Assembly: GCA_965178125.1 (NCBI GenBank)
Contig: OZ237736.1
Coordinates: forward strand, 744,001 to 808,000
Direction: 5' to 3'
Length of the DNA stretch: 64,000 nt
Origin: Bilabrum cf. latius
Lineage: Eukaryota
The notes beneath the pieces are model-generated. The model did not search any database. It saw only the letters and a program-made list of their open reading frames with translations, and was not told the origin of the DNA. Below are positions 47,714-58,448 of the stretch, in pieces; within the stretch, counting starts at the first letter, position 1, and every line of letters starts with the position of its first letter. A program made the translations under genes and the position numbers.

Positions 47714-50344
47714 TCATGTCATCTTGCACAGCCTTGCAAGCTCAAGGACGCCGACCCCGCGCTGGCCGACCCCGCGCTGGCCGACCCCGCCGGTTCCCCT
47801 CAGTCCGGCTGCTGCACACCTGCGGCACGCAGCGACTGCCTTCTCTTTGCTTGCCATCACGCTCTAGTGTTCCGCGCCTTTCAACCTGCCCCCGTTTGCT
47901 AGTCTGCTGGCCTGCAGTGCTATTTTGATCAGCTCACCCGCCACGAGCCGGCCGTGGACTGCGCCATCCGCGCACAGCCCAAGCACTCGGCACCCGGCTT
48001 CCAACGCACGATGCAACCTTGAGCCCGGCTCCGACTGGCACGAGGACGTAACCCGCAGCACAGCAATATGCGCTGCTGCTCGCCTGGCTTCTTCTAATGA
48101 CAGTGGCGCCGGCCGGCTCCCTGTGGTAAGCGATTCGTGCGCCTTGCACAGCCTTTCGAGAGCAGCTTCGATCCCCGTGCTGACCCTCTGCATCACCACA
48201 AGTATCTACTTTCCTTGCGGACCATTAAGCATTGCAGCGAGGGCGCCGCCAGCCGTCTCAGCCACCTAGCCGACCGTGCAGGCCACGTCTCCGCTGCGCA
48301 GCATACCTGCTGCTGCACCCGCTGTTGGAGCGCCTGCGATGCCAGCGTCTGCCGGCCTCTGGGTACTCAGCGCTTCCAAAGCACATGCATACGGTCTAAG
48401 CACGGAGATAAACACACTGGATAGACTTTCTACTGCACTGGAGTGCAGTTTTGTCGTGTCAATCGGCTATTTGTCGCTCGGATTCAGCCCGATTGACAGC
48501 CAGACAAGCACGTGAATCGCACCGACCGCTGCATGCGAAGTGGACACCCATGCAGTCGAGGATGAATCATCGCCAGCAATTGCCACCGCAAGCATCCTTT
48601 CCATGTGTTTCAGGGCGGCATCCTTGGCTGGCAGGCCAACGATCCTAATCAGGGAGCAGACCGTCCTGGACGCTCGCATTAGCACGGCAGGGTCTGTCGA
48701 CTGCATGCAGACATCGGCTGCTAGCAGCAGCACCAAAGAAGCATCAGCGTCACTCAGCAATCGTGATACCCGGATGATAGCCTCGTTGGATGCTGTTCTG
48801 GCGAGGGCGCTATCATGGAGGGACAACGACAGTAGCTCGTGAAGACACCAAGCAGCCTACTCGTTGGAAGCCGTCGAGAGGAGGAACTCGGAGAGTGCGC
48901 CGAGAGCAGCACCGCACGTTTCTCCTGTCTCGTGGAGTGATATCTGCTCGATAAGTCTTGCGGATGCGGCCTTGTTCGAGAAAATTGAGGCGATATGGGC
49001 ACTGCCGACACACCGCAGGAGTACTGCCAAGCCCCCGAAGCAATGCATCGACGTCGGCATGTTCGGACTCTTGAGCAGCTGCTCCGGCTGCAGGCTGCGC
49101 CGAATGGACCACATGCCTCCAAGTACAAGGAGGGCCCGGTTGTGCTCCTCATTAGGCCTGACCGTACCATGTGCTGCGCTGCCGCTGCTGCTCGGGGCTG
49201 GCGGTGCTCGCGAGCCAGAGGTGCCGCGCGAATGCTCATGGATCCACTGTCCCATCGTGGCCAATTCATACCAAACGGATGTTCCGGCTACAGGCAGCGA
49301 TGCTGCTGCGGCCTCAGCTGAGGAGGGCGATCCTGTCCCATCCAGTAGCGTGCTAGACTTGCTGGCAGTGGCACTCTTGTGTCGTACCGCAGCTGCGCGG
49401 CTCCACGCGAACAGAGACGCAAGCAGCAGCGGTGTGACCGTGGATCGATTCAAATTTGCAGCAGCGAGGTGATTTCCTACAACGAAGAGTGTTCGTGGCG
49501 CTTCCACGCCCTGGCTCCCTGCGCTAGAGGACGAGGCACTTCCTGCAGGCGAAGGGGCTGGGCTTGGCGCCGCGCCTGCAGGACCCGAGGCACCGCTCGG
49601 TTCCTGGGCCAACATCTCCAGGAGGCCCGATGCAGCGACCACGAGAGCCAGGGCGCGACAGAAGCCTCTCGACCGCAACTGGTCCTGCGAGTGCCCATGT
49701 TTGGAAATCGCTTTGGCGGTGTGGGCTAGTGCGAACCTGAGAAGCTTCACTGCCTCCGCGCCCGTGAAGGAACTGCTAATGGGGGTCCTGGCACCCACAG
49801 CGGACACTATCGAGCAGCATGCATGAAAAACCTACTCAAGTTGAATGCTGCTACTGCTTCCTAGCGAAGGTGACCCTGGTGTCTGCAGGGAGCTCCCGGT
49901 CGCGGCAGAGCAGGCGGTGGTGGCCTCGCCCAGCAGTGTTCCAATCACGCTGACGAATGCACCACACGCACGGAATCCTTCATCGCCACAGGAGATGTAT
50001 GAACTCAAAAGTGTTGTGATGACGTTCACCATAGGAAGCGAACCGATCCAGAATACCGGGTGAGAAAGCCGCAACACAAGCCGCTGTACCAATCCCCCCT
50101 TGTTTGCAGATGTACCTTCTTGGGCAATTCGTTGCAGACACCGAGCCGCATTTTTGGTATTGTTCGTATCATTTGAGATCATTGCTTGACTTGAGAGCCA
50201 GTGGAAGGCTGGCTTTCCGGTAGTTGTCGCCGCAGCAACTGCTCGTTCAAATGCGAGCAGCTAGGTTGAGCTCCCATCGGCAGAGTCGCTTACTGCGTCT
50301 AGCAGCGAGATCACTTGTGCGGTACTAAGTTTCTCCAAATTCAT
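47714..50344 (-). CDS. Hypothetical Leu/Ala-rich, probably helical-repeat protein
   Basis: Four collinear ORFs plus flanks in one frame with ~7 TAGs (e.g. 50261, 49832, 48857, 48467, 47864). First TGA at 47714; 3' end uncertain. Confidence 0.68.
47750..47790. repeat. 15-bp tandem repeat GCCGACCCCGCGCTG x2.7
   Basis: Directly visible. Confidence 0.85.
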
Positions 50345-50494
50345 ACTCAACCAGAACGATCAGGGCGCACCATGTTGTACAAATGGAGGCCCAGGCGATA
50401 CGAGAGCAATCATAGTGGCACGTTACAATCGAGTGTTGCACAAACGCTATCGAAGGCCATCTACAGCCCGTGCACGACCAATTTAGCTACTGTA

Positions 50495-51014
50495 ATGCTC
50501 TATACATTCTATGTTTTCAATCGTCGCGGGCGCTGCTTGTTCTATTACCACTGGAATAGGCCCAGGTACACCCTTTCCGACTTGCCGGGCGAGGACCAAA
50601 AGCTAATGTTTGGAGCACTTTTAGCCTTGAAAGACCTTGCAAAGAGTCTTTCGACATAGCCGTAAGATTGGGGTGCATATACTGTTGATTGAGCCATTGA
50701 TGGCAGTCAAATACTCCCACGCCATTGGTGTTTTCCAGGATCGCAGGGATAAGGAGGATGGCGTATCAGAGTTCACGGCGGACTACTACACGTTGCATCA
50801 CCTGGAAACTAGGACTGGGTTGCACTTTGTCATAACATCAGACGGATCGCACGACACAATGCGCAGGCTACTGCTCGCTGTGTATGCGCAGGCCTTCACG
50901 CCATTCTGCACCAGGAACCCGTGCTACAAACCAGGCAATCCAATTGTCAATGCGGCATTCAACAGCAAATTGCTGCAGCTAGCAGACTTGGCTATTGGTG
51001 TTCGACCTCGCTGA
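50495..51014 (+). CDS. TRAPPC1: TRAPP complex subunit 1 (Bet5), 2 exons (intron 50662-50746)
   Basis: MLYTFYVFNRRGRCLFYYHW...EDQKLMFG.L..LK, YTLHHLETRTGLHFV, ..RNP, IVNAAF. TAG at 50657 just before the GTAAG donor. Confidence 0.88.
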
Positions 51015-51776
51015 ACGTACCACGGGGGCCAGAAGCTGGAGACAGGGCAACCGTTGGTAAACTTGTCAGGGGTTTCACGACCGTTGCCTCCCCAAGGGAA
51101 GTATGGTGCATTCTATGGCTCAACGATTGGCACGGTAGTACTGCTGATACAAGAGGTAGGCTGCATGTTGAGTAGGGATCAAGAAGTTGGACGCGCCGCC
51201 GGCTCCCGGCGGCTCTGATGGCAGCGACCCTGCCTCCCCGCATGCCAAACACAACGGGAATTAGGTAGTATCCAGTCTACCATAGTTTTGCTGCCATATT
51301 GCTAAACGCGTCGCCACGATAGCTGGGTGCCACGGAGTCTAGGCGTCTGCTGGGCAGTGCTGGCAACACAACGTGGGCTGGGTGGCCGGTTGCATGTCAT
51401 GCGCTGGGAACACGCGGCGAATGAAACGACCAGGCGGTAGTAGAATGATATGGTGGCAAGCGTACGGCAAGTTCGGTGTGTACATCCAGCAATGATTGGG
51501 AGGACTGCCGCAGCGTATCAAGGCACGGCATGCCCCTTCCCTCAGCGAGAAGCGTCGCGAGGTATGTCGTCCCTACTAGGGGTCTGCAAGTCATGCAAAA
51601 GCCCTTAGGTACGTAGCTGCGGGTTGATGAGCCGGATTGGTCACAGTTTTTGCGGGGTAGGGTTCGGATCCACTCGGAGCCAGAGCACATCTGGCGATCG
51701 GATTGTGTGCTGCAACCAGCATTAAAGCCGGTTACTTGTTGATGCAGATCAAACAAAGCTGAACAATAGTTAAACT

Positions 51777-54700
51777 ATGCACCGTGCTCACGAATCGTGG
51801 AGACACTGGTCGAAGTGGAAAGACGCAGAGATTCGTACAAGCCACCTTTTGAATCGTCCGAATGACAACCCACTATGTTGGTTGTAGCTTGCAGGCCAGC
51901 CCATAGTTGGATAGTTGGAACGCATTCCAGGTGGTGGCTCTGGCGTCAGTGTCATCGGGGAAAGTTGCATGGGATCTGCATGCCCAGTGCAGTTCGATTT
52001 GGATTTACCTCACACTGACAGCCCGTCAATGAGAATATGGGAAACGCTTAAGCCAGTTTTACCAGCCGTTTCAAGCACGGGTAGGGTTGCTTTTGAGCGC
52101 TCTGGTCACCTGGTTACCTTGGACTTGCGCAAAGCGTCCAAGGCGGACCTTGCTCCGGACGCAGGGCCAGCTGCCCGATCCCGGCAGCTACAGACAGTTT
52201 CGTCCATTAAGCTCAAGTAGCCTCTGTAGCAGTATAATGTGGCTCAAGCAAGCGTCTCCTCTTTTGCAGCTTGGTCAAGGGACGAAATGGTTTGGGTTTC
52301 CCATTATGGCGTGTTGCAGTTGGTCGATTGCCGCGCCGGCAAGCCGCAAATGGTAGTTGGGGCAATGGGCGACTCCTTCATTGCCAGAGCATGTGGCATG
52401 GCTTGTTTGTCAGGCGGACATGCCGGCAGTGGGGGCCCTTGGGATCCGATTGTCATGGCAGCAGCCCACGTCAAGAGCGAGCAAGATGCCGCTCGCCCGC
52501 AAGGACAGCACCAGCCTGAAGGGCAGGCACAGGAAGCTGAAGATGTCCAGGCCGGTACCATGCGGCTATTTGACATTCGGGGCAAGGGGGCGTCCTACAC
52601 GCAGATCCTGCCGCCGCCGCTGCCCCGCGAGTTCCGCAGCGCCTACGGCAAAGCTTGTGCTGGAGTCTCGAACCGCGGAGGACTTGGCACTCCAAGTGCG
52701 GCCTCGAGCAGCTCTAGTATTGCAACCGGTCCGATGGCTGCAACCACCGGCAGCGCGTAGGACGAGAGCAGGGCCGAGCAACTCCTCACCAGCCTGCAGG
52801 CGCACAGCCAGCTTTCCTCTCACCTGAGCTACCAGCTCACAGGGTGCGACACGGGTGCCGCGATTGGGCTCGCGTATCCTCGAAGATCGTGCGTTGTCAC
52901 GGCAAGCGAGCTCAGGACCGCGATACAGCATGCCTCTGTGATCCCTGTCGGAAAGGCGTTTGAGGACGACGACGTGGCGGTGCAGTTGGTGGGCGATCCA
53001 GTGCCTTGTGACCCTTTCGGTGCGATGCAGGGAAAGCGTTTCCCATCTAACGACCATGACTCCGGGTCAAACACACCGGCTACCCTGTCGGTAGGTGGGA
53101 TAGCTCGTTCCGGTACCAGCGATAGCGCCAGCCGGCAGGTTTCAGTGCCTTCTTTACCCGCTAGCTCACCCTGTGCGGGCGAGGCTGAGGGCGATTCGGC
53201 GACGATCGACAAGCGCGGAATCTCTTGCTAGAGCGATAGTGAGAGTGATAGCGACGGCATAGACGAAGAAGACAGCCTCCTCCGCGTGCCCATGCTGGTG
53301 CGAGCCACTCGGTCACAGGGTCGTCATATGTCGCTGCTCAACCCCGAGCTCTCTCACGACGGGCGTATTCTTGCCCTGTGCGCGGATGGAGTGGGCGTGC
53401 TTGTGGTAGACAGCGGCACGATGAGAGTGCTGGCAGAGTATTCACCCGCGCTGGAGGGGACGAGCCGTGCGGCAAGCAAACCTCTACGGTCAGAGGTACC
53501 TCGGCTGTCCTAGTTGGCAGACTACCAACACCGCACTGGCTTGGCAGTGATGCGGTCGGGGCTGTTGCCGCGGGACGCAGACGGGGCACAGGCACTGTGG
53601 AGCCTGCAGAAAACGTCTTCAAGAGTAGTTTTCCCACCGAGAGGGCTTGCGCGAGCGTGCCCTGCCGACGTGCTCGGGGCACTGGTGTATCGCAACTGCG
53701 CAATGGTGCTGCGGTGGCAGCCGCGTCTGGCACCAATGTTGAAGCAGCTGAGAGCAACACCGCATGCTATCACCAGTACGAAGCGAACAACAAGCGGCGC
53801 AGCTGCTCCACTACGAGCACCTAGAGCAGATTCAAGGCATAGCAAATTATTGGGGCTAAAACGAACGAGAGAGTGCATCGGCAGCAGCAGGGCCAAACCA
53901 ACTCGAATCGGCCGTGTGTCCAGCTCTGGCGAGGGGCGCCACGTGCACCTCCTGCCCTCCCCGGAAAAGCACGAGGCTGAATACACGTCTGCAGAGTTGG
54001 TCGGGCTGCAGAACACGGGGTGGAACTAGGACCCGCAGGACCTCACCCCGTTCGACTGCTCGTACCACAGGGGAGCATGCGACTAGATGGTGTACGTGTG
54101 CATCACTTGCATGCACAACAAGCAGGCGGCTCTGGTCGACCCAGTTGCGGAGACTGGGGATGACCTCCAGGCGCGCGTTGGCAGGGAGGTGTGGGTCGCA
54201 GACCCAGTCTACACCGATACGGCGAGGCAGGCCATCCAGACTGCATGGAGGCGAAGTGACGGCTCCTGCAGAATGATGAGCCCGGCTGCTTCGCGTCGCA
54301 TACGAACGGCCGTACAGCTGGACTGCTTGCTGGCCAGCGGATCAATCGTCCCGGGTGCCTCTCACGTAGCGCCAGCTTCTGACAGCGGACTTCGGGCCAG
54401 CCGCTCTCGTGACATAGGCCCCTGTGAACGCTCCATACGAATGGTGGAGAACGATGTGCAAATTCAGCGCGAGTGTACCGAATTGGGCGACCCTGGAGCG
54501 TTCGTGAAGCGCATTGCAAGCATGCCTGAAGAGAGCAGCGGGACCTTGAAGGCAGGCATCGTTCCGTTTGGCGTGTGCATCTCGTGCGCCATGAATTGCC
54601 ACGCGCGGAAAGGTCACGAAATCATCGAATGCCAGGCCTCCATGTTCCCGACAGAGCTCGGCGTAGTGAAAATGTTCCGTTGCGATTGCGGTACTGCACG

Positions 54701-56120
54701 TTCGGGCTGCTCCTGCTTGATTAAAGACCCTGACAGCGGCCACATCGGGTCTTTCAACGAGGAAAACAACTCACTGTACAACTAGAACTTCTTTCTGCAG
54801 TGGTGCTACTGCGGCCAGCCCATGCGCGATGGAGTGGGCATGGTGCAGTGCGCGAGGTGCTCTGACTGGTTCCACGACTCGTGCCTCATGCAGGGCGCGG
54901 GTGGATCGGGCAAGCGCCGTGAGAGTGGTAGCGAGGCAGGGGCACCGGTTGCAGCCTCTGACACGACCGGCAGCAGCCCCATCAGCAGCAGTAGCAGTAG
55001 CAGCTCTCATGGCGTGTATCGCGGACCAGCCCAAGCCTAGCATAGCATGTCTATCAGGTTGCCCGGTGGAGCAGCACGCCCCACATCTCTCGCTGCGGCA
55101 CTCCAGCAAGAAGGCAGGTACGCCGACATGGTAGACCGGCTAGACTTTGTGTGCAACGACTGCCTGCATGCAAAGCTCTCGGTGCCTGGGGCGAGTGCCC
55201 TGGGTCTCTGCATGGGATCTCGACGGTCCTCCGGCCGCTACGGAGGTGGAGCAGACAGCCGGGGTCAACGACCCGCTGCCTCTGCAACAGGTGGAGCAGA
55301 CAGCCGGGGTCAACGACCCGCTGCTTCTGCAACAGGTGGAGCAGACAGCCGGGGTCAACGACCCGCTGCCTCTGCAACAGGTGGAGCAGACAGCCGGGGT
55401 CAACGACCCGCTGCCTCTGCAACAGGTGGAGCAGACAGCCGGGGTCAACGACCCGCTGCCTCTGCAACGCCTGCTCCTCCCGACGACGGCGGCGACTGCA
55501 TCAGGGTTTTTTGTGACGACGGCTCGGGTGTTCACTTTATTGTGTTCCCCGGCGGAGTGCTGACGTCCACGAAGGGCCAGCTGGAGAACCTGATTGGTTC
55601 GAGCACCGAAGCAAGCGCTTCAGCCGGGCAGGGGAGTGCCCAAGCGGCTGCAGGCTTCTTGTAGGCTGCCAGGGACTTGCTGGGAGCATTGGGCGATCCA
55701 CAGCGATCGTTCCGCGGGCATGATTCCATTCGAGACGGGCAGATGGCGGTGTGGAGTCGAGAGTGCAGCGCGCTGCTAGCAGACGGCACGTCAGCTGGGA
55801 TGAGCGCGAGGGGGCACGCTGGGCACTTGGCGGGAAGCGAGGCCGAGGGCGGTGATGATGAAGATGACAACGATGATGATCCCAGCGATTCCCTCTTGCG
55901 GTAGCTCCAGAGCCGCTTACTTGGCAGCCTTGAAGGAGGCGAGGCAAGTGGGGCAGATGGCGACGGCGACGGGTCTGGGCTCGGATCGGCTGTCGGTGAT
56001 GCGGGCCATGGCTCGGGCGCTGGGCCACCTAGTGGTGGCGAGGGGATTGTTGCATTAGCTGGGATCATTGATGGGGTGATTCGAGACCTGGATGAGGGCG
56101 ATGGTGACGGGTCTGGGTGA
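51777..56120 (+). CDS. 1,447-aa protein with unrecognised N-terminal half and UBR7-like UBR-box plus PHD-like finger
   Basis: Continuous frame with 13 TAGs and no TAA/TGA. CSYHRGACD*MVYVCITC, GVCISCAMNCH..HE, FRCDCG, YN*NF..WCYC..P, MVQCARCSDWFHDSC, FVCNDC. Confidence 0.78.
55245..55469 (+). repeat. 45-bp minisatellite x5 encoding GGADSRGQRPAASAT
   Basis: Units at 55245, 55290, 55335, 55380, 55425; nearly identical; no spacers. Confidence 0.97.
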
Positions 56121-56245
56121 TTCGCTTCAGTTTATGCCTCACGAACAGAGTATCGATCGGGGTCGTTCGAAGACGTTTCGGAGAAATCGTTAGTTGCGCC
56201 AGAAGAGAATTAAGTGCATCAATTGATTCGGGAATTTGTGTTGCA

Positions 56246-56922
56246 ATGGCATCTGCAGACCGCAGGGAAGACGTGGAGAAGTCGGAGCCCGCACCGGCAG
56301 AGCCTGGACAGCTTGACGAAACTGATGAACGGTTTCTTGACACGCTTGGTATCCGGCCGATCGAGAACACCCCGATCGAAGACGTGGGCTACGACTACTA
56401 TTGGGATGGCCAGGGCGAAGACCAGGAAGCGGGGGTAGGGCGAGTGGTGTACGACAACTCGCGATGGGCAGGAATCAAGGTTGTGCAAGGCCTGGAATTT
56501 GTCGGGCAAATTGCCGCCCACGTGCTAGGGCTTGATCAGTCCTAGTATTAGCACGTCGTAGACTCGGCTCGAAGGGAACGGGTGAGCAGTTTCCTTGCTC
56601 GGAGACGCGGCGCCTTGTTTGTTCGTCCGGTTGCACCACTCCTTTCCACCCCGATTCACTCGCTTTCGTCCGATCGCAGGATGAAATAGCGAGAAGAATA
56701 CTAATTGAAAAGCAAAGGGAAATGCTGTTGCGTGACCGTGAAGCAGCTATTCGAATGTCTAGGGAGCAAGCAAGGAAGCAGGTAGCAGAATCCAAGGAGT
56801 CCTCTAGTCCGGCAGACGATGCGGAATCCAAGGGCGAACCCGACCTAGAGAGCGGTATTGGGAAAATGGATCCACAGTCAAGTGGCGGTGCCGCGGCAGC
56901 TGCTGGAGGTGGAACGAGCTGA
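56246..56922 (+). CDS. FAM177-like small protein, 2 exons (intron 56582-56679)
   Basis: LEFVGQIAAHVLGLDQS*Y*HVVD resembles the FAM177 core (GE..A..FGI...KYQY..D). GTGAG...GCAG intron in phase; ends TGA. Confidence 0.65.
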
Positions 56923-57042
56923 GGGCCAGCCAGCTGATTTCGTGTGCTGCTAGCTAGCTCGGGCGCGCATCGCACACCGGCCGTATTGTTGCCCGTCTGT
57001 CGTAACGATAGCTGTATCGTAGCAATTATTTCTTTTAATCGA

Positions 57043-58266
57043 TCACGTTGCATGCCAGTTCGCAAGGACCTGCGCCAGCGCGCTCGCAGCCAGCAGCACC
57101 CATGCAGCTGCAGCCAATCCCCTTGTCGCGGTGCGTGGCGCAGCCCCCCGCTGCAGGTGCAGCACCTGCACCCCCTGCAGCATGGCGCCGTCCATGCCCG
57201 ACTCGCACGGTAGATCCCCGCCCTACATCCTCGATTTAGTCTCCCAGCCATCAGGGAGGACGCTCCCTGCTGCGGGCTGGCATGGGCTTGAGACGCCCCT
57301 CTCCCCCAGCCTGTAGACTGCCATCGCTGCCGTGTCGCCAGAGCGAGACAACTTCCACACGGCACAAGACACACGCTATTCGTCTTCATCCAGAAGCACC
57401 AGGACCTCATCTTGCACCGAAGCGCCCAGGAACAGCGCCCTGTCTGGCATGTGGTCAGGCGCGCTAGCACGATCTCCGTTCTGGCCCGCCAGTGAGGTGC
57501 GTCTGAGCACTTGAAATCGGGTGCCTTCAAAGTAAATCTAGGCTCCTCTACCCATTGGATATTCTATGGAGCTGTTTAAGCAAGTAGGTCTTGCAAGCAC
57601 GACGGTGCCACCCGGTGCATCTGAGTCGCTGGCCGGTATGGAGTAGCTCGATAGTATGCTACTGGCTGTCCAAAGGCCTTCCAGGGACGGCAGCACAGCA
57701 TCAGGCTACGCAAGCACAAGCTGCATAAAATCAGAATATACCAGGTTCTACTGTGTGTATAACCCTTCGCAGTACGAGCGATGGCGCATCAAAGCAGAAT
57801 ACGATTCTGCCTGGTCCTTTGGAACGCCAGCTTGCGCCGCTCTGCCGTGAAGTTCGACAAAAGTGAGCAGCCCCGAGTCAGCGTCAAGCTCTACGAAGGC
57901 AAAAAAGGTTTCCGCGTTGTCTTCTCGCCATTTTAATATGGAATTCTCAAAAGTTAAGACCCGTCCGTGTCTGGATGGCGTGCCTCTGCGGAATAACCTC
58001 GCACTGCCACTGATGAATCCCGACGTAGCAATCGCTGAAATGGTGACGTTCTTTGGAGATAGCTTTATGGAGACATTCGGGATGAGAATATCAGCGCCTG
58101 AGGCTACACAGGCGATCGAGGAGTCTCTAGTAACGTCGGCGTAGCCGGCCCCCGTCTGCATCGAGCCTACCCACACGCCCTACATCGGCCTGGGAACGTC
58201 AATGCTACGACTAATGATGAGGTTGATCAGTATGAGCAGCATCAGCATAGCATTTGGTGCCTTCAT
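57043..58266 (-). CDS. Hypothetical secreted protein with hydrophobic C-terminus (TM or GPI signal)
   Basis: MKAPNAMLMLLILINLIIS signal-like start; ~6 TAGs; ends GLAAAAWVLLAASALAQVLANWHAT-TGA. Confidence 0.68.
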
Positions 58267-58448
58267 GGAGTGCCTACTCAACATGTGCTCGCACCTATAT
58301 CAGATTTCGACCCAATTAACACGTTACGAAAATCCAGACATTTGAAAATGCCAAGCGTAAACTGGCCAATCAGAGTATTTTGATTGATAGCACGCGGCTT
58401 GAATCGTGTTCAGAATTCGATAAATTATTCTGACGAAGGGTCTGACTC

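Noticed and set aside
55245-55469. CRISPR array
   Set aside because: Head-to-tail repeats without unique spacers, in frame inside a eukaryotic CDS, with no cas genes.
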